From NCBI GenBank assembly GCA_043814985.1, contig JBDRJK010000001.1, forward strand, positions 1 through 64,000: a stretch of 64,000 nucleotides of DNA. Direction: 5' to 3'. Origin of the DNA: Candidatus Aenigmatarchaeota archaeon. Its GTDB lineage: Archaea; Aenigmatarchaeota; Aenigmatarchaeia; Aenigmatarchaeales; Aenigmatarchaeaceae. Position 1 is the stretch's first letter; each line of letters opens with the position of its first letter. A program made the position numbers and the translations under genes. Below are positions 1 to 9,096 of this stretch, piece after piece. Under the pieces are notes generated by a model, which did not search any database, had not been told where the DNA came from, and was given only the letters and a program-made list of their open reading frames with translations.

Positions 1-28
1 TTATAAAAATAAAAAAAGGTGAAAAAAA

Positions 29-67
29 GTGGCAAAAAAGAAGAAAGCAGCAAAAGCAAAGAAATAG
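29..67 (+). CDS. tiny Lys/Ala-rich basic peptide (MAKKKKAAKAKK, 12 aa)
   Basis: GGTGA SD at 18-22, GTG at 29, TAG at 65-67 followed by a T-run; resembles the 45632 peptide. Confidence 0.5.
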   Translation: MAKKKKAAKAKK

Positions 68-196
68 TTTTTTAACTACTGAAAATTTTTATTTTGGGTG
101 CCTTTTTGCACCCGCTCATTTTTCAACCTAACTTCTAAAAAACCTCTATTGTGACATAAAAAAGTTTTTATTCTCATATATGACAAAAATGATTCT

Positions 197-1237
197 ATGT
201 ATAACCACAGAACCCAGTCACTTGTCAGAAGGGCCATTGTTGAGGCTAGGATCAGAAGATGGTTTAACAAAGGAAGAAAGGTGGAACCGACTCCATCAAT
301 TCTTTTGACCAAAATAATTAAACCTAAGAAAGGTTTGCAAATAAACTTAACTAGAGAAGAGAGAATTAAGTTTGTTAATCTGATTAAAAGGATGTACATA
401 ACCAGGAAGATAATTCTAAAATACAGAAATGTCTATGGCCGAAGACCAAAACTCTTCTACAAGAAAGTTTTTGGTTTTCCAACAAGAAAATCCCAATCAA
501 TGAACATAATCTGGAACACATCTCACATTCATTTTATCTTTGAGAGGAACGATTTGATTGCTTTTTGGAAAAAGATTAGATGGGGCCCAGGAAGCGGAGG
601 TTACTATTCTGTTGGTGACAGGAGCATCAAGATCAAGGATCTTAGGGGCTTAATATCTTTTGGAAGAAGAGAATATTATTCAATTGAAACTAGAGATATA
701 GTAAGGCACGAGTCTGTTCATTCCTTTGAGGATTTTGTCAAGGGGAGAAAGCCTCCAATCGAGAAAAAGAGATTTCTGTTCTATAGGATAAAGTGTGAGT
801 TGAATGCTTACTTAAAAAATTTCAAAGAAAGTAATAAGGGGAGAAAAAGAAACGTCAATGAAAGCGCAAGACTTGGTTTGAGTGTCGAAGTAAAAGAAGA
901 GGTAGAGGAGTATCTGAGTTACAAAGAAACAATAAAACGAATTAGTAATATTAAAACAGAGATGAGAAGAACAAAAATCAAAAAGGAGAAAATGGAACTA
1001 AGAAAAAAATTAAATAGACTGAAAGACATACTTGATTCGAAAAAGAGGAAAAGGAAGATTTATTTGAATCTTTATAGGAAGACTGTCAGAGAAGTGAAGA
1101 AGGCACTTGAAATCATGCCAACTGATGTCCTACAGAGAATAATATATGAGACACCTTTTGAAAGACTTCAAAAGAAAATTCCAGAAACAGTCAGAGTTTA
1201 CAAGAGAATGAAATATGAATGGTATTATTATGATTAA
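197..1237 (+). CDS. hypothetical very basic protein with HExxH motif
   Basis: 346-aa ORF, K/R-rich, RHESVHSFED motif, coiled-coil-like C-half. Confidence 0.7.
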   Translation: MYNHRTQSLVRRAIVEARIRRWFNKGRKVEPTPSILLTKIIKPKKGLQINLTREERIKFVNLIKRMYITRKIILKYRNVYGRRPKLFYKKVFGFPTRKSQSMNIIWNTSHIHFIFERNDLIAFWKKIRWGPGSGGYYSVGDRSIKIKDLRGLISFGRREYYSIETRDIVRHESVHSFEDFVKGRKPPIEKKRFLFYRIKCELNAYLKNFKESNKGRKRNVNESARLGLSVEVKEEVEEYLSYKETIKRISNIKTEMRRTKIKKEKMELRKKLNRLKDILDSKKRKRKIYLNLYRKTVREVKKALEIMPTDVLQRIIYETPFERLQKKIPETVRVYKRMKYEWYYYD

Positions 1238-1323
1238 TAAGTTTCTTCTGTCTTCTTAGCTAATCTTAAGCAAGAATTAATTAAAGGCAAATTTTAATTA
1301 ATATTTAAGTTATATTCTAAATT

Positions 1324-1397
1324 GCCCCTATAGTTCAGCCTGGATAGAACGGTTCCCTGCGGAGGAGCAGACCCGCGTTCAAATCGCGGTAGGGGCA
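1324..1397 (+). tRNA. tRNA-Arg(GCG)
   Basis: cloverleaf; anticodon arm GTTCC-CT-GCG-GA-GGAGC; TTCAAAT T-loop; no encoded CCA. Confidence 0.95.
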
Positions 1398-1430
1398 TTC
1401 TTATTTTATTGGAATACAATAATCTTTTCT

Positions 1431-1721
1431 ATGGACATAAAGTCTCCACTATTGATTTTGCTTGAAATGCTGGGAGGCCTGATAGAAAATTTTGTCAGCA
1501 GCTTCCAGCTAGTCTTCAGCAAGATGGTAGAGCTCTTCATAACCCTGGACAAAATATCTGGATTGGGAATTCCAGGCTTTATCATTGCCATATTAACAGG
1601 GTCAGTGGTCGGCTTTTTGGTTATCAAGTTCGTGTTCGGAACGTCAAAAGAACTGATCTACATATCGCTGTTCTATTTCATGATGCTGATATTGCTTAGC
1701 ATCTCACTGGCATCTATCTAA
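1431..1721 (+). CDS. small membrane protein
   Basis: 96-aa hydrophobic ORF. Confidence 0.7.
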   Translation: MDIKSPLLILLEMLGGLIENFVSSFQLVFSKMVELFITLDKISGLGIPGFIIAILTGSVVGFLVIKFVFGTSKELIYISLFYFMMLILLSISLASI

Positions 1722-2403
1722 CTTTCCTAGAAATTTCAAGAAGCATTTTCTCTACTCTTCTGGTGTCGTATTTCCTGTGGGTTATTATCTCAACTGAAGT
1801 GACTGAGCCATCAAAAGTAAGGTTGGGCGTGATCTCAACATAGGCCTTCTGTTTTCTTATGAAGTTCTTCAAAGTCCTATTCTTGTTGAGTGAATTGCAG
1901 ATGTTAATGCTCCTTTTATTCATTAAGGCGGCCATCCTAGCGCTGCTGATGAAGAAGTTGTAAAAGCCAATAACACTCAGGATTGTAAAGACAAGAGCCC
2001 TTGGCATGAATATGTCCGGGAAGAAGAACAGAGTCTTGAATATTAAGTATGATACATAGAGCAACAATAGTCCAAAAATGAATGTGGCCCCGACCTTCAG
2101 CGGCATGTCCCTGAAGTCTGCTGGCCTGAACTTGCCCCTTTTCTTGTCATACATTATCCAGACGTCCTTAGACTTGAAGAAGCTCCTGAATATGAAGTTC
2201 CTGGAAAACGTGACCTCCTCTATCTTGATTACGCCGACCTTCTTCCTCTGGGACTTGTGAACAAACAGGAACAGGTCAATGCCGAGAGTGCATGCTGAAA
2301 GGAGAAGGAACACTGATGAGAGCTCTGGAGAAACCCCATAAGCCAGCAGGGACAGTACCAAGAGAAGGGCAAATAAAATAGTCAAAAACTTCAGCTTGAG
2401 CAT
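1714..2403 (-). CDS. hypothetical membrane protein
   Basis: 229 aa, about four hydrophobic segments. Confidence 0.75.
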   Translation of the reverse strand: MLKLKFLTILFALLLVLSLLAYGVSPELSSVFLLLSACTLGIDLFLFVHKSQRKKVGVIKIEEVTFSRNFIFRSFFKSKDVWIMYDKKRGKFRPADFRDMPLKVGATFIFGLLLLYVSYLIFKTLFFFPDIFMPRALVFTILSVIGFYNFFISSARMAALMNKRSINICNSLNKNRTLKNFIRKQKAYVEITPNLTFDGSVTSVEIITHRKYDTRRVEKMLLEISRKVR

Positions 2404-2448
2404 ATAATGTATAGATAATTTTTTATTTATAAAAACAAACTTATTGGC

Positions 2449-2778
2449 ATGATAACATTCGATGATTTCCAGAAACTCGACATAAGAGTAGGCAAGATCA
2501 TTGACATAGAGGACGCGGAGACCAGGAAGCCCATGTTCAGGATGAAGATAGACTTCGGGGAACTAGGAATAAAGCAGACAATAGCTGGCCTAAAAGGATT
2601 CTACACCAGGGAAGACTTGCTAAACAAGAAAGTCGCAGCCTTGGTCAACCTGGAACCAAAGAAACTGGGAAGTGAATTGTCAGAGTGCATGGTCCTGGCA
2701 GCTGTTGTAGGCAATGATGAGAAGGTTGTTGTCTTGAATCCTGAAAAGGACATAGAAGCCGGGACAAAGATTTATTAG
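2449..2778 (+). CDS. tRNA-binding OB-fold protein (Trbp111/CsaA/MetRS C-terminal family)
   Basis: ITFDDFQKLDIRVGKI...NLEPKKLGSELSECMVLAA signature. Confidence 0.9.
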   Translation: MITFDDFQKLDIRVGKIIDIEDAETRKPMFRMKIDFGELGIKQTIAGLKGFYTREDLLNKKVAALVNLEPKKLGSELSECMVLAAVVGNDEKVVVLNPEKDIEAGTKIY

Positions 2779-2813
2779 TTCAGCCTAAATTATAGACTAA
2801 AGCAAGTGATTCA

Positions 2814-3353
2814 ATGATTAACTTATGGTTTGAATTTGTAAAGGCTCTGCTTATTATTTTTCCTGCATACGCTACAAATGGGTTTCCTCCCTTAGCCAAT
2901 GGCAAAAAACCAATTGACATGAACAGGAAATGGAACGGCAACAGGCTATTAGGTGATGGGAAAACTTTTGAAGGCCTTGCAGTAGGAATCCTGGCAGGCT
3001 CTTTAATTGGAGCATTAGAAGCCTTTCTTTATCCAAACCTCAATGCCCATGCAATGCAGTACGGTGTAACCTTGCCATTAATCACTTTGTTCATAGGTTT
3101 CATGATATCTTTGGGTTCATTGTGCGGGGATTTAGCTGGCAGCTTCATCAAGAGAAGGCTGAAATTAAAGAGAGGTGCAGATATCCCGTTGCTGGACCAG
3201 TGGAACTTCATAATAGGCGCCACGTTGTTTGCAATGTGGTTCACTGAAATAAGCATCTGGATGCTGTTGATCATGTTACTGATAACACCATTGTTTCACA
3301 GGCTGGCAAACATTATTGCGCACAGGCTGAAAATAAAAAAGGAGCCATGGTAA
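2814..3353 (+). CDS. carS: CDP-archaeol synthase
   Basis: PAYATNGFPP, GDGKTFEG, GDLAGSFIKRRL, LLDQWNF and C-terminal KKEPW motifs. Confidence 0.92.
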   Translation: MINLWFEFVKALLIIFPAYATNGFPPLANGKKPIDMNRKWNGNRLLGDGKTFEGLAVGILAGSLIGALEAFLYPNLNAHAMQYGVTLPLITLFIGFMISLGSLCGDLAGSFIKRRLKLKRGADIPLLDQWNFIIGATLFAMWFTEISIWMLLIMLLITPLFHRLANIIAHRLKIKKEPW

Positions 3354-3354
3354 A

Positions 3355-4038
3355 ATGAGAATAGATTGCCACTGCCATACAATATACAGCAAGCACTGGT
3401 TCTGGGGCCACGACTCATTGAACAAGCCAAGGGAATTGATAAAAGTGGCAATCAAAAAAGGCCTTGGCGGCCTGGCAATAACAGACCATAACAATGTTAA
3501 AGGAAGCCTGGCAGTCAAGAAAGTTGCCAGGAGCTTCAGGGGCTTCAAAATAATAACAGGCTCGGAAATCAGGACACTAGAAGGTGAGATAATTGGTCTT
3601 GGGATAAAAAAAGATGTTCCAGAGGCATTGAGCATTGAGGAAACAATTGAAAAAATACACGACTTGGGAGGCATAGCAGTCGCGCCCCATCCTTTTGGAG
3701 GCTACATATTCAGGCAGTGCTCGAGGAATAAGGCTGTCAAAGCAGACGCGATAGAAGTTTACAACGCATCCCTCATGAAGCCTGCTAACACTAAAGCTTT
3801 GAAATTGGCCAATAGATTCAAAAAACCAAAAACAGCAGGAAGCGACGCTCACGGCCTCAGGGAAGTCGGCAACGGCGCAATAGAATGCTCGGGAGACCCC
3901 ATAGAGGCAATAATGAAGAAGCGAGTAAAGATTCTAACAAAAAAAACAACCATAAGAGACGTCTCAAGCTTGGTAACGAGAAAGTTCATAAGGTCCCTTG
4001 AATGGAGAATCCTAAGAAAAAGAGGCAAACACGTCTAG
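3355..4038 (+). CDS. PHP-family phosphoesterase
   Basis: DCHCHT, ITDHN, APHPF and GSDAH metal-binding motifs. Confidence 0.9.
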   Translation: MRIDCHCHTIYSKHWFWGHDSLNKPRELIKVAIKKGLGGLAITDHNNVKGSLAVKKVARSFRGFKIITGSEIRTLEGEIIGLGIKKDVPEALSIEETIEKIHDLGGIAVAPHPFGGYIFRQCSRNKAVKADAIEVYNASLMKPANTKALKLANRFKKPKTAGSDAHGLREVGNGAIECSGDPIEAIMKKRVKILTKKTTIRDVSSLVTRKFIRSLEWRILRKRGKHV

Positions 4039-4500
4039 CACCCAGCCGACACTGTAAAATCCTCCATAAGCAAGTATCCAGTGCAATATCAACTTTCCTA
4101 TGAGAGTCGCTAAAAAGAATTTCTTAACAGGATAACCAATGCTTCCCCCAACCAAACCAACAATGTCATCGGGAAGAGGGGTTGCCGCAAACAGTGCTAT
4201 TATCAGAAAGCCATCGTATTTCTCGAAAAGCTTTTCTGCATTTTTCATATCCTTTTTCCACCTCTTTTCTATAATTTTTTTACCTCCGAACCCTAACCCG
4301 TATCCTGTAAGCTCTCCGACAGCAGCACCCAGGCCGCCAGCCAGACCGAGAAGGAACGGGTCCATAAACAACGCAGAGAAAAAAACAACAAACGTGGAAG
4401 GTAGTGGAAGAAATATCGAGGCAGAGCCAATCATGCTGACTAAAAATACCCCGAAGTAGCCGTAAGTGCTTACCAAGACATTGAAAATCTCTAAGACCAT
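4012..4500 (-). CDS. DedA/VTT (SNARE-associated) membrane protein
   Basis: FLPLPS, GAAVGELTGYGLG and ATPLPDD motifs. Confidence 0.85.
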   Translation of the reverse strand: MVLEIFNVLVSTYGYFGVFLVSMIGSASIFLPLPSTFVVFFSALFMDPFLLGLAGGLGAAVGELTGYGLGFGGKKIIEKRWKKDMKNAEKLFEKYDGFLIIALFAATPLPDDIVGLVGGSIGYPVKKFFLATLIGKLILHWILAYGGFYSVGWVLDVFASFS

Positions 4501-4551
4501 CCTAAAATAAATAACAATTCAGCACAAATAAATGATGTAGGAAAGATAAAC

Positions 4552-5139
4552 ATGCTTTGGAAAAGAAGGAAACATCTTGACAGAGTAGGAAGGAAAATAG
4601 GTCTGTTATTTTCAAAGCTTCCTATGTCTCCCAATGCTTGGACATGTTTGGGCTTGGTCCTAGCCATAATCAATCTGTACTTTCTATTCAACAAAGATTT
4701 TCTAATTGCAACAGCTGTATTTGGCTTTGCCGCCTTGCTTGACATGATAGACGGCTCTGTTGCCAGAATAAAAAAGAAGGTGACAAAGCTCGGCGGCTAC
4801 CTTGACAGCGTCACAGACAGGACAGTTGAGTTCGTAATAATACTTGGCCTTTTCCTTGTAGGCTATCCGAGCTTTATTCTTCCAATGGATTTGTGGATAT
4901 TCCTCCTGTTATTCGGCTCCTTCATGTCAACCTACATGAGAGCAGTGTCATTCGAGAAGAAAATAAGGAGAAATGTCATAGGCGGCGTTCTAGAACATGC
5001 TGACAGGATGCTCGTATTTTTCCTAATTATAATAATTTCCAACTTCTCACTACAGTATGCAACATATTTGATTGCCTTGGCAGCAATACTTTCATTGGTG
5101 TCTGCCTTGCAGAGATTTCTCAAAGCAACAAAAAGATAA
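4552..5139 (+). CDS. CDP-alcohol phosphatidyltransferase
   Basis: DMIDGSVAR...GGYLDSVTD matches the DxxDGxxAR-x8-GxxxDxxxD signature. Confidence 0.92.
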   Translation: MLWKRRKHLDRVGRKIGLLFSKLPMSPNAWTCLGLVLAIINLYFLFNKDFLIATAVFGFAALLDMIDGSVARIKKKVTKLGGYLDSVTDRTVEFVIILGLFLVGYPSFILPMDLWIFLLLFGSFMSTYMRAVSFEKKIRRNVIGGVLEHADRMLVFFLIIIISNFSLQYATYLIALAAILSLVSALQRFLKATKR

Positions 5140-5164
5140 ATAGGGCGAAAACAGATTTGGTTTT

Positions 5165-5503
5165 ATGAAACAGGCCATAATAATAAGAAAGGACCTGAAG
5201 ATGGAAAAGGGCAAGATAGCTGCCCAGGCAGCGCATGCCAGCATCGGCGCTTTTCTGAAGGCAAGAAAGTCTGACAGGGAAACTTGGTTAGAAAGCGGCA
5301 TGAAGAAGGTTGTCCTCAAAGTCAATGACCTGAAGGAACTAAAAAATGTGCACAAGCTTGCAAAAACCAACAAGCTGTCCTGCGACTTGATAATGGATGC
5401 CGGCCTGACGCAAATCAAGCCTAGGACAATAACAGCATTGGGCATAGGGCCTGCAAGCGACAAGAAGATAGACAAGATAACCAGCAAGCTGAAACTATTG
5501 TGA
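5165..5503 (+). CDS. pth2: peptidyl-tRNA hydrolase Pth2
   Basis: KDLKMEKGKIAAQAAHA, DAGLTQI, LGIGP and KLKLL motifs. Confidence 0.95.
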   Translation: MKQAIIIRKDLKMEKGKIAAQAAHASIGAFLKARKSDRETWLESGMKKVVLKVNDLKELKNVHKLAKTNKLSCDLIMDAGLTQIKPRTITALGIGPASDKKIDKITSKLKLL

Positions 5504-5507
5504 TAAG

Positions 5508-5702
5508 ATGAAAAATAAAAGTTTTCTGTGGAAGCTAACTGAGAACTACCTGAATGCTATAATGGTACTTGTACTCTCAATCCTTGTAGTCTACTCAATA
5601 GTGTATAAAGACACACTCTCCTTTTATCTAGCAATCATATGGTTATTGGCAATACCCTTCATTGGAACATTTTTTGACATGAAATCAAATAGTAGGTTAT
5701 AA
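5508..5702 (+). CDS. small membrane protein
   Basis: 64 aa, two hydrophobic segments, tightly packed in operon. Confidence 0.6.
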   Translation: MKNKSFLWKLTENYLNAIMVLVLSILVVYSIVYKDTLSFYLAIIWLLAIPFIGTFFDMKSNSRL

Positions 5703-5703
5703 A

Positions 5704-6495
5704 ATGTTCATAGAAGATTTAATAAACGAAAACTTTCTGACGCCCATGTGCAGGTACTACACGCCCATAGGCACAATAACATATGGAATAATACTGATAC
5801 TGGCAGTCCTTGGGACCTACAAGCTCCTAAAACATCTAAAGATAAAGATTGACAAGAGGTTCTTCATCGGATTGTTGCCTTTCATCATATACGGCGGATG
5901 GACTCGGGCATTGAGGGATCACATGCTAGGCATATACCAAAGCAATTTCTTCTGCTCACCACCGATTTACTTCGTGATATTCGCAATGGCTCTAAGCTCA
6001 TTACTAATCGGCATAATAGTTGGTAAGAAAGTAAAGAACTACTCCTATGAAAAAGTAATGCTGATAATAGGCATAACACTGCTGATATACAATGCCTCCC
6101 TAACATCGATAAACAACATTTCAGGCTTCTCCCTAGTCGTGATACTTGTCAGCTTCTGGTCTTTGGTGTTTTTCGGGATAAACCATTTCAAGCCAAAGCT
6201 ATTGTCCAAAGAAAACGCGGGCATAATAGTTTCCCATCTATTGGACGCCAGCTCAACGTTCGTGGCAGTTTCATTCTTCGGCTACTACGAACAGCATGTC
6301 CTGCCCAGCTTCCTGATAGATCTCTTGGGAACATGGGTAATGTTTCCCCTGAAGATATCCGTTGTATGGGCAGTTCTGTACGCAATAGACAAGTCTGACG
6401 AGGACGTGTTCTTCAAGAGGTTCCTAAAGATAATAATCCTGATACTTGGTCTGGCCTTGGGAATAAGGGACTTTCTGACAATAAGCATTTTATAA
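5704..6495 (+). CDS. DUF63-family membrane protein
   Basis: polytopic; HLLDASSTF, YYEQHVLP and LGLALGIRD motifs. Confidence 0.8.
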   Translation: MFIEDLINENFLTPMCRYYTPIGTITYGIILILAVLGTYKLLKHLKIKIDKRFFIGLLPFIIYGGWTRALRDHMLGIYQSNFFCSPPIYFVIFAMALSSLLIGIIVGKKVKNYSYEKVMLIIGITLLIYNASLTSINNISGFSLVVILVSFWSLVFFGINHFKPKLLSKENAGIIVSHLLDASSTFVAVSFFGYYEQHVLPSFLIDLLGTWVMFPLKISVVWAVLYAIDKSDEDVFFKRFLKIIILILGLALGIRDFLTISIL

Positions 6496-6526
6496 ACTTT
6501 TATAGATATGAATGAAATGATTATAT

Positions 6527-7747
6527 ATGAAATTTGTAGACATTTTTTACGTATTCGCGAATTTTATTTCAATATACTTATCCCTAGTCTGGTTCATAGT
6601 TTACTTCAATAACAAAGACAAGTTTCTGAGAAAACCCAAAATAAAAAATTTGCCAAGCGTAACATTTCTTGTTCCAGCTTTCAACGAGGAAAAAAATATA
6701 GCAAGATGCCTAAAGTCCCTTATTGACATTGATTATCCTAAGAACAAGAAAAAAATAATTGTCATTAACGACGGTTCAACGGACAGGACTTCGGAAATAG
6801 TAAAGATGTTCAAAAAATTCAAAGTGAGGCTGATAGAAAAAAAGAACGAGGGGAAGGCTGTTGCATTAAATTATGCCATGAAGTTCGTCAATACAGACTT
6901 GGTGTCCTGCATAGACGCAGACAGCTTTGTGGAAAGGGATTTCCTGAAAAAAACCACAGGCTATTTCAAAAGCATGAAGGTGGGGGCTGTTACCAGCGCC
7001 ATCAAGGTTGACAGAACAGACACATTGATGGAAAAGATACAGTGGGTAGAGTATATTATATCAATAATTTTGAGGAAACTTTTCTCTGTTTTAGGCTGCC
7101 AGTTTGTCGTATCAGGAGCTGGCGGCATTTACAGAACAGAAGTTCTGAAAAAGGTGGGACTTTTTAAAATCAGTAGCATCACGGAAGACACAGAAATAGG
7201 CCTGAGGCTGCGATCTAGAGGCTATGATATAGAGAACTGCATTGACTCCTATGTTTACACATCCTCCCCCAAGTCTTTCAAGAGCTTATTCAATCAGAGA
7301 ATGAGATGGTACAGGGGGTATATTGAAAACATCAAAGAATACCTTTTTTTAATAAATCCGAAGTACGGCGATCTTGGAGTTTTTTTCATTCCCGTATCAA
7401 TCATGTCCATAAGCCTGGTGGTCATTCTGTTCTTATTGGTAGTTGGAACTACCATTTATGATTCACTTTACTCAATCTTCTCATGGTCTCTCATAAACAA
7501 CCAGATAATCATCCCAAGCCTATCGATAGATATTTTCCAAATCAGCTTTTTAAGCCTATTAAACTTTTTAGCATTGGCAACAAGTATTACCTTGATATTC
7601 ATGGGCATAAGATTAAGCAAGGTAAAGTTCATTAAAAGGAAGTTCCTCTATATAGGATTATATTTTTTGATTTATCCTTTCCTATTACCATTTCTCTGGT
7701 TATCCGTATTTATCTTAGAATTAAGAAAGGCTGATAAAAAATGGTAA
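6527..7747 (+). CDS. processive GT2 glycosyltransferase (cellulose/PNAG synthase-like)
   Basis: DGSTD, DADS, TED and QRMRW (QxxRW) motifs with flanking TM helices. Confidence 0.9.
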   Translation: MKFVDIFYVFANFISIYLSLVWFIVYFNNKDKFLRKPKIKNLPSVTFLVPAFNEEKNIARCLKSLIDIDYPKNKKKIIVINDGSTDRTSEIVKMFKKFKVRLIEKKNEGKAVALNYAMKFVNTDLVSCIDADSFVERDFLKKTTGYFKSMKVGAVTSAIKVDRTDTLMEKIQWVEYIISIILRKLFSVLGCQFVVSGAGGIYRTEVLKKVGLFKISSITEDTEIGLRLRSRGYDIENCIDSYVYTSSPKSFKSLFNQRMRWYRGYIENIKEYLFLINPKYGDLGVFFIPVSIMSISLVVILFLLVVGTTIYDSLYSIFSWSLINNQIIIPSLSIDIFQISFLSLLNFLALATSITLIFMGIRLSKVKFIKRKFLYIGLYFLIYPFLLPFLWLSVFILELRKADKKW

Positions 7748-8391
7748 AAGGAAAAATAAGCTGGAATGTATACATAATGGCTGCCGCTTTAACGTTTATC
7801 ATATTCTTTGGGGGGCTTGGAGTTGGCCTGCTTTTCAGCAATGAAAAATATCAGATAATCAGGCAGGAGTTTGAAGAGTTCCAGATACAGCAAAGGGACA
7901 TAGAGTTTGAACTCTTGTTACTTAGTTCAATGGGAACGGAATTCTGTGGCACCTTGGAGTACGAAATAGGCAAAACAAGCTATCTGGCATCAGATCTTGG
8001 TGAAAAGGTTAGCAGATACGGCAGTGATGTAGTAAGGGACCCGGATTTCATTTTACTGAAAAAAAACTATATGATCACGCTGGCACAGTTCTGGTCCTAC
8101 TGGGAAATTTTCAAAAAGAATTGCAACAGTTCTGTTAATACTGTGCTATATTTGTATTCTCTGGAAGACTGCAGCGACTGCCAAGTCCAAGGATACATAC
8201 TCTCTGTTCTAAAGGAAAACTATCCAAATGATATAATGATATTTTCTTTGGACAAGGACGTGGAACTTTACAGCATTAATCTCCTAAACAATATTTACAA
8301 TGTCACTACGACCCCCACTCTCATAATAAACAATGAAAAATACGAAGGTTTGAAGGACATAAACCAGTTAGAAGAAATACTAATTCTATGA
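7741..8391 (+). CDS. membrane-anchored thioredoxin-fold protein
   Basis: N-terminal TM, CSDC motif, TTPTLIIN cis-Pro motif. Confidence 0.75.
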   Translation: MVKGKISWNVYIMAAALTFIIFFGGLGVGLLFSNEKYQIIRQEFEEFQIQQRDIEFELLLLSSMGTEFCGTLEYEIGKTSYLASDLGEKVSRYGSDVVRDPDFILLKKNYMITLAQFWSYWEIFKKNCNSSVNTVLYLYSLEDCSDCQVQGYILSVLKENYPNDIMIFSLDKDVELYSINLLNNIYNVTTTPTLIINNEKYEGLKDINQLEEILIL

Positions 8392-9015
8392 TTCCATCAA
8401 AACCAGAAGCATCTTGTCAACAGCCAGATCCAAGTCCGTGTAGACCCTGTCGACTTCCTCGAAGCTCTTGCCTTCCAGAATAATCATGAAATTATAAACA
8501 GTAACAGCTGTCTGATTTGCATGTGAAGGACCAAGCATAAGTATGACAGGGTCTGTGAAACTAGGATTAAGCTCGTCTGTTGAATTTATGGCAATGGACC
8601 TAAAGCATCTGACCTGCCTGTTGGGATAGAAAATCATACAAGTGCTGCCGTCTTCATCATCAATAGTCTGTGTTTCCACGCCCATGAAGTTCTTATAGAC
8701 TAAACCAATTTTCAAAGCTATCTCGAAGCTTGTTGCAAAATAAAAGGAGTTCTCTGTCTCATTGGAGAAGTATGCAATGTGTATCTTATGGACTTCAGGG
8801 TTTAGCAGAACATTCTTTATTGCATTCTCATTGGGGTAGACAGGAGTTTTTGCAGCTTCGTTCAAATCAGCACGGAAGTTCCTAATACCGCCTGCATAGA
8901 TTTTTTGATAAGGAGTGAGGAAAAATGCAGGGTCTGACAAGACTATTGCAAGCACTGCAATTATGACTATTACTAGAAGTCCTAAAGGGGCGAATTTTTT
9001 CATATTTTTTTTCAT
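8386..9015 (-). CDS. hypothetical membrane-anchored protein
   Basis: 209 aa with N-terminal TM; downstream of the S-layer gene. Confidence 0.7.
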   Translation of the reverse strand: MKKNMKKFAPLGLLVIVIIAVLAIVLSDPAFFLTPYQKIYAGGIRNFRADLNEAAKTPVYPNENAIKNVLLNPEVHKIHIAYFSNETENSFYFATSFEIALKIGLVYKNFMGVETQTIDDEDGSTCMIFYPNRQVRCFRSIAINSTDELNPSFTDPVILMLGPSHANQTAVTVYNFMIILEGKSFEEVDRVYTDLDLAVDKMLLVLMES

Positions 9016-9096
9016 ATTATTACTACCTTACTGTCTCTATTTAAAAGAAAAATAAAGAAAAAGGGGGGTTCTAAAATTTCTATTTCTCAAGGGCTA

